NCBI GenBank assembly: GCA_963845425.1
Contig: CAWJSC010000010.1
Location: 451,968 to 515,967, forward strand
Source: an uncultured Microthrixaceae bacterium
GTDB lineage: Bacteria > Actinomycetota > Acidimicrobiia > Acidimicrobiales > DATDAH01
DNA length: 64,000 nucleotides
Direction: 5' to 3'
Shown piece after piece: positions 54,835-63,664 of the stretch. Every line of letters starts with the position of its first letter. Positions within the stretch are counted from its first letter, which is position 1. The translations under genes and the position numbers were made by a program. The notes beneath the pieces are model-generated. The model saw only the letters and a list, made by a program, of their open reading frames with translations, made no database searches and was not told the DNA's origin.

Positions 54835-56138
54835 GGGGCCGACGTCCGCCGGGCGGCGATGGAGGCAGCGTGCACAGGCAGGCCCTCGGCGTTGGCCAGC
54901 GTCTCCACGACGGGCCCGAGCCGGGCGAGGCCCGACTCGTCGGCGGTGACCACGTGGATCTGCTTCAGGAAGTCGAGCACCGAGAGGGCGCCGGCGAACC
55001 GGGCCGAGCCGAAGGTGGGCAGCACGTGGCTGGGCCCGGCGGCGTAGTCCCCGAGCGATGCGGGTGACCACGGGCCGCAGAACACCGCACCGGCGTTGCG
55101 TACCAGCGGCACCAGGGCCGCGGGGTCGGCGGTCATCAGTTGGAGGTGCTCGGGGGCGATGGCGTTGGCCACGGCGAGCGCGGCGTCCGGGCCGTCGACC
55201 AGGACCGTGTAGCCCCCGTCGGCCAGCGTGGCCTCGATGTCGGCCCGGCGCTCGGCCCCGGCCACGATGCGGGCCACGGCCTCGTCCACGGCATCGGCCA
55301 CGGCGTCGTCCCAGGTGACCAGCCAGGCCAGGCCACCGGGGCCGTGCTCGGCCTGGACCACGATGTCGGTGGCACACAGGGCCGCGGGCACCGAGGCGTC
55401 ACCCACGACCACCACCTCAGAGGGCCCGGCGAAGGCGGCGGGGACCCCGACCAGGCCGGTGACCTGGCGCTTGGCCTGGGCGACGTAGACGTTGCCCGGA
55501 CCGACGATGACGTCGACGGGGCGGACGCTCTCGGTGCCGTGAGCCAAGGCACCGATGGCCTGCGCGCCACCGATGCGGTACACCGCGTCGGCCCCGGCGA
55601 TGGCGGCCGCGGCCAAGGTCTCCAGGGGCACGTCGCCGTCGGGCCCGGGCGGGGTGACCAGCACGACCTCGTCGACGCCCGCGGCGCGCGCGGGGACCAC
55701 GGTCATGAGCACGGTGGACGGGTAGCGGGCCCGGCCGCCGGGCACGTAGCAGCCGGCCCGGGCCACGGGGACGTAGTACTCCTCGATGACCACGCCGGCC
55801 CGGTCGTGGCGCCGGGTCGGCGGCACCTGGCCGGCGTGGTAGGCCCGGACCTCGTCGGCGGCGCGCTCGAGGGCGTCACGGACGTCCGGCGCGATCCGGT
55901 CCAGTGCGGCCGTCACGGCCGCCGGCGGCACCCGCAGGTCGTCCAGGCGCACACCGTCCAGGCGCTCCGTGTGGTCGCGGACGGCCACGTCGCCCCGGTC
56001 GGCGACGTCGGCCAGGATCACCCGCACGGCCTCGACCGGCTCGTCACCACCCAGGGCAGGCCGCGGGAGGTCGGACGCGGGGTTCGCGGCGCCCCGGCGG
56101 TCGAGACGGGTCAGGAGGGGGGCGAGGACGGGCGCCAT
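54831..56138 (-). CDS. hisD: Histidinol dehydrogenase
   Basis: ATG 56138. GCYVPGGRARYPSTVLM...IGGAQAIGALAHG...IVGPGNVYV...QAEHGP...APEHL. Confidence 0.95.
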   Translation of the reverse strand: MAPVLAPLLTRLDRRGAANPASDLPRPALGGDEPVEAVRVILADVADRGDVAVRDHTERLDGVRLDDLRVPPAAVTAALDRIAPDVRDALERAADEVRAYHAGQVPPTRRHDRAGVVIEEYYVPVARAGCYVPGGRARYPSTVLMTVVPARAAGVDEVVLVTPPGPDGDVPLETLAAAAIAGADAVYRIGGAQAIGALAHGTESVRPVDVIVGPGNVYVAQAKRQVTGLVGVPAAFAGPSEVVVVGDASVPAALCATDIVVQAEHGPGGLAWLVTWDDAVADAVDEAVARIVAGAERRADIEATLADGGYTVLVDGPDAALAVANAIAPEHLQLMTADPAALVPLVRNAGAVFCGPWSPASLGDYAAGPSHVLPTFGSARFAGALSVLDFLKQIHVVTADESGLARLGPVVETLANAEGLPVHAASIAARRTSAP

Positions 56139-56199
56139 GACCGCCTCACGGTACCGGCGCCCCCCACTCGCTTCGGCGGGTTTGGGCCACACTGAGCGG

Positions 56200-56394
56200 G
56201 TGAGCCCCCACCACGCCCAACTGTCCTCGACCGCCTCGAGCCTCGACGACCTGATCAAGCGGGTGGTCGCCGCCGCGGACGACCTCGCCGGCGACCGTGA
56301 GGACCTGGCCAGCGACCTCTACGAGGTCGAACGCTCCCTGCGGACCGGGGCCCGGCGCCTGGCCACCGTGCTCCGCCGACTCGACGGCCGCTGA
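56200..56394 (+). CDS. Small hypothetical protein (64 aa), divergent from hisD
   Basis: GTG 56200. GC3 is very high. VSPHHAQLSSTASSLDDLIKRVVAAADDLAGDREDLASDLYEVERSLRTGARRLATVLRRLDGR. Predicted helical. Confidence 0.5.
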   Translation: MSPHHAQLSSTASSLDDLIKRVVAAADDLAGDREDLASDLYEVERSLRTGARRLATVLRRLDGR

Positions 56395-56452
56395 GTCACC
56401 CGACTCCTCGGAGGGCGGTCCCCCGATCGGGTGGACCACAGCCCGAACGCGG

Positions 56453-56479
56453 GGCCGGCGCCCACGAAGGGCGCCGGCC
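56453..56479. terminator. Bidirectional hairpin between the small ORF and the convergent nth
   Basis: ggccggcgccc-acgaa-gggcgccggcc, a perfect 11-bp stem. Confidence 0.65.
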
Positions 56480-56562
56480 GTGGGCGACCTCGGGCGGCGG
56501 ATCCCGATGGTCGCCAGTAGCCAGGTGGCGGGAACCTGGCAGGACGCCACCTTATCCCGAAC

Positions 56563-57204
56563 TCAGACCTCGGATGAGGGACAGAAGTCGTGCAGCACGC
56601 AATCGCCGCAACGCGGCCTACGGGCCGGACAGACCCGCCGGCCGTGCAGGATCAGCCGCAGGCTGAACCGGCCCCGCTCCGCCGCCGGGATCATGGCGTT
56701 GAGCTCCGTCTCGACCTTCACCGGATCCTCCTGCTCGGTGAGGCCGAGGCGGCGGGACAGGCGGCCGACGTGGGTGTCCACGGGCAGGCCGGGCCGGTCG
56801 AGGGCCACCGAGCGGACAACGTTGGCCGTCTTGCGCCCGACCCCGGCGAGCGCGGTGAGGTCCTTCATCCGGGAGGGCACCTCGCCGTCGTGGTCCTCGA
56901 CCAGGCCGTGGGCCATCCCGATGAGGTTGCGGGCCTTCGAGCGGAAGAACCCGGTCGAGCGGACGATCTCCTCCAGTGCGGCAGGATCGGCCTCGGCCAG
57001 GTCCTGCGGGGTCGGGTAGCGGGCGAACAGGTGGGGGGTGACCATGTTCACCCGGGCGTCAGTGCACTGGGCCGAGAGGATCGTGGCCACCAGGAGCTGG
57101 AACGGGTTCTCGTGGTCGAGCTCGCAACGGGCGTCGGGATACTCCTCGATCAGCCGTCGCATGGTCTCCCGCGCGCGTCCGGCAGGCGTTCGGGGGCGGG
57201 CCAC
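56563..57204 (-). CDS. nth: Endonuclease III
   Basis: NPFQLLVATILSAQCTDARVN...LAGVGRKTANVV...VDTHV...CPARRPRCGDCVLHDFC (HhH-GPD plus a 4Fe-4S cluster loop). The start is GTG 57204 or ATG 57162. Confidence 0.93.
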   Translation of the reverse strand: MARPRTPAGRARETMRRLIEEYPDARCELDHENPFQLLVATILSAQCTDARVNMVTPHLFARYPTPQDLAEADPAALEEIVRSTGFFRSKARNLIGMAHGLVEDHDGEVPSRMKDLTALAGVGRKTANVVRSVALDRPGLPVDTHVGRLSRRLGLTEQEDPVKVETELNAMIPAAERGRFSLRLILHGRRVCPARRPRCGDCVLHDFCPSSEV

Positions 57205-57211
57205 GTCGTTA

Positions 57212-57895
57212 GTGTGCCGCGCCGTGACGACGGTGGCGCTCGACCTCGTCCTCGACGAAACGGACGACCCGGTCGCCTTCGGCGAGGGCCCCTTACGGGC
57301 CGCCGCGGTCGCCGGCGGCCCGCAGACCGTGTGGTGGGTGCACGGCACGACCGCCCGCCACGAGGAGGCCGCCGCCCGCGCCGGCCTCACGGCGTCGAGG
57401 CGACTCCTCCAGATGCGGTGCGCCCTCCCCCTGGCGGCCACGACGGACCTCGCCACTCGCCCCTTCTGTCCGGGCGAGGACGACGAGGCGTGGCTGGCGG
57501 TGAACAACCGGGCGTTCTCGTGGCACCCCGAGCAGGGGGGCTGGGACACTGCGACCCTCGCCGGCCGCCTGCAGGAGTCGTGGTTCGACGCCGAGGGCTT
57601 CCTCCTCCACGAGGAGGGTGACCGCCTGGCCGGGTTCTGCTGGACCAAGGTCCACCCCGCCAACGGGGCCGATCCCGCCCTCGGCGAGATCTACGTCATC
57701 GCCGTCGACCCGGACTTCGTCGGCCGCGGCCTCGGACGGGACCTCACCATCGCCGGGTTGGCGCACCTCGCCGACCAAGGCCTCAGGATCGGGATGCTCT
57801 ACGTCGAGTCGGACAACACGCCCGCCGTCTCCCTCTACCGCTCCCTCGGCTTCCACACCCACCAGACCGACACCGCCTTCACCCCCACCCCTTGA
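57212..57895 (+). CDS. mshD: Mycothiol synthase-like GNAT (MshD-like) with a shortened N-terminal domain
   Basis: RPFCPGEDDEAWLAVNNRAFSWHPEQGGW...GFCWTKVHP...LGEIYVIAVDPDFVGRGLG...MLYVESDNTPAVSLYRSLGF. Candidate starts are GTG 57212, 57224 and 57233. The upstream part of the ORF is antisense to nth. Confidence 0.75.
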   Translation: MCRAVTTVALDLVLDETDDPVAFGEGPLRAAAVAGGPQTVWWVHGTTARHEEAAARAGLTASRRLLQMRCALPLAATTDLATRPFCPGEDDEAWLAVNNRAFSWHPEQGGWDTATLAGRLQESWFDAEGFLLHEEGDRLAGFCWTKVHPANGADPALGEIYVIAVDPDFVGRGLGRDLTIAGLAHLADQGLRIGMLYVESDNTPAVSLYRSLGFHTHQTDTAFTPTP

Positions 57896-57909
57896 TGTTG
57901 GGGGGCGGG

Positions 57910-58629
57910 CTAGGTGGAGACGCCGACGGCGGCGCCGATGCCGTAGGTGACGGCGCCGGCGAGGACGGCGATGGTGACGTAGCGGATCGCCAGGCGGACC
58001 CGGGAGCCCATCGTGAAGGCGGCCAGGGCCACGCCGAGGCCTGCGGCGCCGAGCACGCCGAGGACCACGGAGGCCACGATGGCCGCCGTCCCGGTCATGA
58101 AGAACCAAGGCAACAGGGGCAGTATCGCCCCGGCAGAGAAGGCCACGAAGGACGACCCGGCGGCGCGCACGGGCGAGCCGAGAGCGTCAGGGTCGATGCC
58201 CAACTCCTCCCGGGCGTGGGCCCGCAGCGCGGTCTCCGGGTCGACCATCACCCCCTGGGCCAGTTGGCGGGCCAGCTCGGGGTCCACCCCGCGGGACTGG
58301 TAGAGCTGGGCCAGCTCCACCGTCTCGACATGCGGGTTGCGCGCCAGCTCCCGACGCTCCATCGCCAGCTCCCGCTCCAGGAGCTCCTGCTGGGCCTTCA
58401 TCGAGCCGTACTCGCCCGCCGCCATCGACACGGCACCGGCGATGAGGCCGGCCAGGCCGGCGAGGCGGACCACACCGGCGCCGGGGTCGGCCCCGGCGAC
58501 GCCCAGGATCAGCGAGACGTTGGAGACGAGGCCGTCACTGGCGCCGAAGACCGCCGCCCGGGCGACCCCGCCCTGCACATCGCGGTGATGGCGCTCGTTC
58601 ACCGGCGGGTTCGGTCGGTGATCGGGCAC
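57910..58629 (-). CDS. VIT1/CCC1-family iron/manganese transporter
   Basis: FGASDGLVSNVSLILGV...AGAVSMAAGEY.S...ELE.E (metal-binding helical domain), plus 5 TM helices. Confidence 0.88.
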   Translation of the reverse strand: MPDHRPNPPVNERHHRDVQGGVARAAVFGASDGLVSNVSLILGVAGADPGAGVVRLAGLAGLIAGAVSMAAGEYGSMKAQQELLERELAMERRELARNPHVETVELAQLYQSRGVDPELARQLAQGVMVDPETALRAHAREELGIDPDALGSPVRAAGSSFVAFSAGAILPLLPWFFMTGTAAIVASVVLGVLGAAGLGVALAAFTMGSRVRLAIRYVTIAVLAGAVTYGIGAAVGVST

Positions 58630-58651
58630 GGGCCAACCGTACGCTTCGGAT

Positions 58652-59686
58652 GTGTCGAGTCGCTACGACCTGGACCGGGGCGGCCTGGAGGCCCTCCTGG
58701 AGGGCCAGCCGCGGTACCGGGTCGACCAGGTGTGGGACGGCCTGTACCGCCAGGGAAGGGACCCCGAGGCCATCACCACCCTCCCCCTCGCCCTCCGGTC
58801 GACCCTGGCCGAGCACCTGCCCCTGGCGCTGCAGGAGGTGGCCCGCCGCACCAGCGACGGTGGCGAGACGGTGAAGTGGGCCTGGGCCGTCGACGGCGGC
58901 CACACCATCGAGACGGTGCTGCTGCACTATCCCGACCGCAGCACCGTGTGCGTGAGCACGCAGGCCGGCTGCGCGATGGCGTGCGACTTCTGCGCCACTG
59001 GGCAGGCCGGCTTCGCCCGGCAGCTCACCGTCGGCGAGATCGTGGAGCAGGTCGTCCACGCCCGGCGGGAAGCCGATGATCGCCGCGTCTCCAACATCGT
59101 CTTCATGGGGATGGGCGAGCCGCTCGCCAACTACGACGCCACCTGGGGCGCCGTCGAACGCCTTCACGCCGACCTCGGCATCGGGGCCCGGGGGCTCACG
59201 GTCTCGACGGTCGGCATCGTGCCGGGCATCCGCCGCCTGGCGGCCGAGTCACTCCCGGTGAACCTCGCCGTATCCCTCCACGCCGCCAACGACGAGTTGC
59301 GTGACGCCCTGGTGCCCGTCAACCGGCGGTACCCACTCGCCGACCTCGAGGCGGCGTGTGCCGAATGGCAGGCGGCCAAGGGCCGGCGGCTCAGCTTCGA
59401 GTGGGCCATGATCGCCGCCACCAACGACCGGCCCCAGGACGCCGACGAGCTGGCCGTCATCGCCCGCCGCCAGCGGGCCCACGTCAACCTCATCCCGCTG
59501 AACCCGACCCCCGGCTTCGGCCCCCAGGGCTCGTCCCCCGCCGCCGTCGAGGCGTTCCGCCTCCGCCTCCGCGGGGCCGGGGTCAACGTCACCGTCCGCC
59601 AGAACCGCGGCGCCGACATCGATGCCGCGTGCGGCCAGTTGGCCGGCACCGCGGTCAGCGCACCAGGACGGTCCCCCGGGCGCTGA
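58652..59686 (+). CDS. rlmN: 23S rRNA/tRNA m2A methyltransferase RlmN (radical SAM)
   Basis: CVSTQAGCAMACDFCATGQAGFARQLTVGEIVEQV...IVFMGMGEPLAN...NLIPLNP...DIDAACGQL. Confidence 0.93.
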   Translation: MSSRYDLDRGGLEALLEGQPRYRVDQVWDGLYRQGRDPEAITTLPLALRSTLAEHLPLALQEVARRTSDGGETVKWAWAVDGGHTIETVLLHYPDRSTVCVSTQAGCAMACDFCATGQAGFARQLTVGEIVEQVVHARREADDRRVSNIVFMGMGEPLANYDATWGAVERLHADLGIGARGLTVSTVGIVPGIRRLAAESLPVNLAVSLHAANDELRDALVPVNRRYPLADLEAACAEWQAAKGRRLSFEWAMIAATNDRPQDADELAVIARRQRAHVNLIPLNPTPGFGPQGSSPAAVEAFRLRLRGAGVNVTVRQNRGADIDAACGQLAGTAVSAPGRSPGR

Positions 59687-60419
59687 ACCGGATCGCGTCG
59701 ACCAGGACCTCGTCCGGACCGACCACTGCGTCCTCCCAGCACACGCTGCGCACCACCCTTCCCGCGACCCGCGCGCCCGGGGACACGACAGATCTGCCTC
59801 CCGACGCCGCGAGGTTGGCCGCCAGGTACGCCGCGGGTGTGCCGCAGTCCACGAACGGGCCGTCCTGGGCGACGGTCTCGAGCCGGCCGGTCCCGACCGC
59901 CTCCCGCCAGACCGCCTCGTAGAGCCCAGAGGGCACGGCGGCGAGGTGCCGCGCGAGGTCCCACGGCAGCAGCGAGCCGGCGATCAGGGACCGGGTCCCC
60001 AGCGGGCCGCCCCCGGGGACCAGCACCCGCACCCGCTCGCCGTCCCAACCGTCCACGAGAGCGTCCATGCCTCCGCCGTACCACGCATCGGCGTTGACGA
60101 TCACGGTGGGTCGGCCGTCGATCCAGCCTCGCAGCGCCCCGACGGCTCCCGCCGTGCCGAGGGCGACCGGCTCCTCGACCGAGACGTGGACCCGGTCACC
60201 CAGATGGGCCAGCAGAGCATCCCGGCCGTGGTGGACATTGACCGCGACGTCGTCGACCACCGAGCGCACCCGGTCCACCGCCAGGTCGACCAGCGGGACC
60301 CCGTCCACCGGGCACAGGGCCTTCGGGCGCCCGGCGGTGAGGGGGCGCAGGCGGGTGCCCGCTCCGGCGGCGAGGACCAACCCGGCAAATCCCCTGCGCC
60401 CTGCCAGACTGTCGCTCAT
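59655..60419 (-). CDS. Sugar-phosphate nucleotidyltransferase (NTP_transferase family)
   Basis: GLVLAAGAGTRLRPLTAGRPKALCPV.G.PLVD...LGTAGAV. Confidence 0.8.
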   Translation of the reverse strand: MSDSLAGRRGFAGLVLAAGAGTRLRPLTAGRPKALCPVDGVPLVDLAVDRVRSVVDDVAVNVHHGRDALLAHLGDRVHVSVEEPVALGTAGAVGALRGWIDGRPTVIVNADAWYGGGMDALVDGWDGERVRVLVPGGGPLGTRSLIAGSLLPWDLARHLAAVPSGLYEAVWREAVGTGRLETVAQDGPFVDCGTPAAYLAANLAASGGRSVVSPGARVAGRVVRSVCWEDAVVGPDEVLVDAIRFSARGTVLVR

Positions 60420-60780
60420 GGAGACCCGTCGCTGGACGAACCCATCGCAGCCCCAGACCCTCCAGGTCGCGGTCTTCCTGCTCTACATCAACGCCGTGTT
60501 CAGCGTGCTGCAGCCGTACACGGTGTTCCTCACCCTCAGCGCGCTGGCCGGGGCAGTCGGAGCGTACGGCATCGCCAACAGCCGCCGGTGGGGCTACCGG
60601 CTCGGCGTCGCATCCTCGGCCATAGAGGTCGCCCTTCTCGCCGTCCTCCCCCTGCTCGACATCGGCCCCGAGCTGCTGTTCAGCCTCCGCTTCCTGCTGC
60701 TGATCATCTTTCCGGTGGCGCTCTTCTGCGCGCTGCTGCACCCCGAGAGCCGCGAGCACCAGCGCATCTGGTTCGACTGA
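60418..60780 (+). CDS. Small polytopic membrane protein (120 aa)
   Basis: METRRWTNPSQPQTLQVAVFLLYINAVFSVL...LLLIIFPVALFCALLHPESREHQRIWFD. 3-4 TM helices. Its ATG shares the CATG with the divergent nucleotidyltransferase ATG. Confidence 0.65.
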   Translation: METRRWTNPSQPQTLQVAVFLLYINAVFSVLQPYTVFLTLSALAGAVGAYGIANSRRWGYRLGVASSAIEVALLAVLPLLDIGPELLFSLRFLLLIIFPVALFCALLHPESREHQRIWFD

Positions 60781-60798
60781 GCCCGCCACACTGCAGGC

Positions 60799-60996
60799 GT
60801 GGACACCGGTGACCTGGTCCGAGACGCGTTCGAGCTGCTCATCGTCATCGCCCTCGGCGGGATGGTGTGGTCGGTCATCACCCGCCTTCGCCGGGGCCAG
60901 CTCCCCGTGCCCCGCTGCCCCGAGTGCGGCGGCCCCGCCTCCCGGGCCTACCCCCAGTGCCGGCACTGCGGGACGACGCTCCCGGAGGGCCGCTGA
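60799..60996 (+). CDS. Single-pass membrane protein with a C-terminal zinc ribbon (65 aa)
   Basis: LLIVIALGGMVWSVI, then CPECGGPASRAYPQCRHCG (CxxC...CxxC). High GC3. Confidence 0.55.
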   Translation: MDTGDLVRDAFELLIVIALGGMVWSVITRLRRGQLPVPRCPECGGPASRAYPQCRHCGTTLPEGR

Positions 60997-60997
60997 A

Positions 60998-61675
60998 GTG
61001 ACCAGCCCCGAGGCGCCGTTCCCCCACTACTACGCCCTGCTCGACCGACTGCACGAGCACCTGCGGCCCCGGGGCTACGTCGAGATCGGCGTGGCCGACG
61101 GTCACAGCCTCGGGCTCACCCGCCCCGGCACCGTCGCCGTGGGGGTGGACCCCGCCCCCGGGCCCGAGGTCGGCGAGCGGGCCCCGGGCCGACGGGTCGT
61201 GGCCACGACCAGCGCGGCCTTCTTCGCCGACCACGACCGCGCCGACGTGCTCGGCGACGCCCCACTGGATCTGGCGTTCGTCGACGGCCTCCACCTGTTC
61301 GAGGCCGCTCTCGCGGATCTCGCCGCCCTCGAGGCCTGGGCCCACCCCGGCACCGTGATCCTGCTCCACGACTGCCACCCCACCGATGCGGCGATGGCGG
61401 CCCGTGAGCGCACGACCGTGGCCTGGGCCGGCGACGTCTGGAAGGTGGTGGCCGCCCTGCGGTCGGATCGGCCGGACCTCACCGTCACCACCGTCGACGT
61501 GGGTCCGACCGGCGTGGGGGTCATCACCGGTCTGGGCGCCGGCTTCGCCGACCTGCAGGGCTCGATCGAGCGCCACCGGGACCTCGACTACGCCGTGCTG
61601 GACGACGACCCCCCGGGCCTGCTCCACCTCGTCCCGCCCGCCTGGGACGCCGTCCTGCCGCTCCTGCCGGGATAA
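60998..61675 (+). CDS. Class I SAM-dependent methyltransferase (Methyltransf_24-like)
   Basis: GTG 60998, 1 nt after the preceding stop. YVEIGVADGHSL...LAFVDGLHLFEAALADL...VILLHD. Confidence 0.72.
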   Translation: MTSPEAPFPHYYALLDRLHEHLRPRGYVEIGVADGHSLGLTRPGTVAVGVDPAPGPEVGERAPGRRVVATTSAAFFADHDRADVLGDAPLDLAFVDGLHLFEAALADLAALEAWAHPGTVILLHDCHPTDAAMAARERTTVAWAGDVWKVVAALRSDRPDLTVTTVDVGPTGVGVITGLGAGFADLQGSIERHRDLDYAVLDDDPPGLLHLVPPAWDAVLPLLPG

Positions 61676-61715
61676 ACGGCCCATTGCGCCCGAGGAGGGG
61701 CCCTAGCGTCAGGCC

Positions 61716-62933
61716 ATGCGCGCCCGGGCCGAAGGCTTCACCGTCCGGGAGGCCACCCCGCCGGACCACGAGGGGATCATCGCCCTGTGCCACGAGGTCT
61801 TCAGCGCCCATGAGGGCGCGACCGTGCGCCACCTCCTCCGTGGTGAGGGCTACGGGCCGGGTCGGTGGACGGTGGCGGTCGACGCCGACGACGCCGTCGT
61901 CTCCTGCTGCACGCTGCTCCCCCACCGCCTCCGGTACGGCGCCGTCGAGGTGCCCGCGGCGCAGATCGAGTTCGTGGCGACCAAGGCGTCCGCCCGCCGG
62001 CGGGGCCTCGTGCGGGCCCAGTTCGACCTCCACCACCAGTGGGCCGAGGAGCAGGGTGCCCTCGTGGTGATCATCACTGGGATCCCCTACCTCTACCGCC
62101 GCCTCGGCTACGGCTACGCCATCGAGTACTCCGGCCAGTACCGGGTGCTCGACGTACCCGATGCCCCCGAGGGCTGGACTGTCGAGCCGGCGACACCCGC
62201 CGACCGACCCGCCCTCGACGACCTCGAGCGAGCCGCCAAAGCCCGTCAGGACCTCACCCTGGAATGGCCCGACGGCGGCTGGGACTGGGTCCTCTCCGGA
62301 GCGTCGACCTGGGGCGAGGAGATCCTCGTCGCCCGGCGGGACGGCGAGGTGGACGGCTTCGCCTACATCCAGCGCCGTGTGGAGGAGGACCACGTCGAGG
62401 TCGGCGGCACCGCCCGGACCGAGGGCGCGGCCCAGGCCCTCGTGGCCGCCGCCGCGACCCGGGCGGGCGACCTGAAGGTGTACCTCGTCGCCCGTGAGGG
62501 AGATCCTTGGGCCATCGTCGTGGAGCGGGCCGGCATCCGGGACCCCGCCTGGTTCAACGCCGTCTACGCCCGCGTCCCCGACCCGGCGGCCTTCCTCGAC
62601 CACGTCAAGGACGAACTGACCCGCCGCCTGGCCGTCTCGGCCTTCGCCCATTCGTCGACCGAGCTGGCCCTGTCCTTCTACGAGGACGGGGCGGTGCTCT
62701 CCGTCGCCGCCGGCGTGGTCACGGGGGCGCGCCGGGACCCCGAACCCGACCTCGACCCCATGGACGACGACAAGGCCGGCATCGCCCCCGACGCCCTCCC
62801 GGCCCTCCTGCTCGGCCGGTTCGCCGCGGAGGAGCTGGAGCTGCGCTACGACGACGTCGGTTACGTGGCCGACCGGGCCCTGATGGCGGTCCTCTTCCCC
62901 AAGCGGTCCTTCGACGTGTGGGCGCCGATCTGA
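61716..62933 (+). CDS. Eis-like GNAT N-acetyltransferase (GNAT plus C-terminal SCP2-like region)
   Basis: 405 aa. QIEFVATKASARRRGLVRAQFDLHH...GIPYLYRRLGYGYA. Confidence 0.82.
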   Translation: MRARAEGFTVREATPPDHEGIIALCHEVFSAHEGATVRHLLRGEGYGPGRWTVAVDADDAVVSCCTLLPHRLRYGAVEVPAAQIEFVATKASARRRGLVRAQFDLHHQWAEEQGALVVIITGIPYLYRRLGYGYAIEYSGQYRVLDVPDAPEGWTVEPATPADRPALDDLERAAKARQDLTLEWPDGGWDWVLSGASTWGEEILVARRDGEVDGFAYIQRRVEEDHVEVGGTARTEGAAQALVAAAATRAGDLKVYLVAREGDPWAIVVERAGIRDPAWFNAVYARVPDPAAFLDHVKDELTRRLAVSAFAHSSTELALSFYEDGAVLSVAAGVVTGARRDPEPDLDPMDDDKAGIAPDALPALLLGRFAAEELELRYDDVGYVADRALMAVLFPKRSFDVWAPI

Positions 62934-62962
62934 CCTCGGGCGACGGTCCGTACGCTGCGGAC

Positions 62963-63658
62963 ATGGCCACGACCGCCACGCCCCTCCCACAGGGGACCGA
63001 GAAGGCGACCGCCGTGCGCGGCATGTTCGACGCCATCGCCCCCCGCTACGACCTGGTGAACCGGGTCATGACCTTCGGCCTCGACCGGAGCTGGCGGCGA
63101 ACGACCGTGGCCGAGCTCGGCCTGCCCGCCGGGTCGGTCGTGCTGGACCTCGCCACCGGCACCGGCGACCTCTGCGCCGAGGCCGAGCGTCAGGGCCTCA
63201 TCCCGATCGGCATCGATCTCGCTCTCGGGATGCTGCAGGCCAGTCACGCCTCCGCCCCCCGGGCCCAGGGTGACATCACCCGGCTGCCGCTGCCCGACGA
63301 GGTGGCCGACGGTGCGGCGTGCGGGTTCGCGCTCCGCAACGTCGTCTCTCTCGACGCCCTCTTCGCCGAGCTGGCCCGCACCCTCCGCCCCGGCGGCCGC
63401 ATCGGCCTGCTCGAGGTGGACCGGCCCGACAACCCGGTCGTCCGCTTCGGCCACCACCTCTACTTCGACCGGATCGTGCCCGTGATCGGCGGCCTCCTGT
63501 CGGACCGGGACGCCTACCGCTACCTCCCGGCCTCCACGGCCTACCTCCCGCCCCGCCTCGAGCTGCTGGAACGCCTCGGCGCCGCCGGCTTCGAACACAT
63601 CGAGCATCGCCGCTTCCTGCTCGGTGCCTCCCAGCTCATCACCGCCACCCGGAGCTGA
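62963..63658 (+). CDS. menG: Demethylmenaquinone / ubiquinone methyltransferase
   Basis: VRGMFDAIAPRYDLVNRVMTFGLDRSWRR...VLDLATGTGDL...FALRNV...LRPGGRIGLLE...YRYL. Confidence 0.9.
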   Translation: MATTATPLPQGTEKATAVRGMFDAIAPRYDLVNRVMTFGLDRSWRRTTVAELGLPAGSVVLDLATGTGDLCAEAERQGLIPIGIDLALGMLQASHASAPRAQGDITRLPLPDEVADGAACGFALRNVVSLDALFAELARTLRPGGRIGLLEVDRPDNPVVRFGHHLYFDRIVPVIGGLLSDRDAYRYLPASTAYLPPRLELLERLGAAGFEHIEHRRFLLGASQLITATRS

Positions 63659-63664
63659 CCGCCC

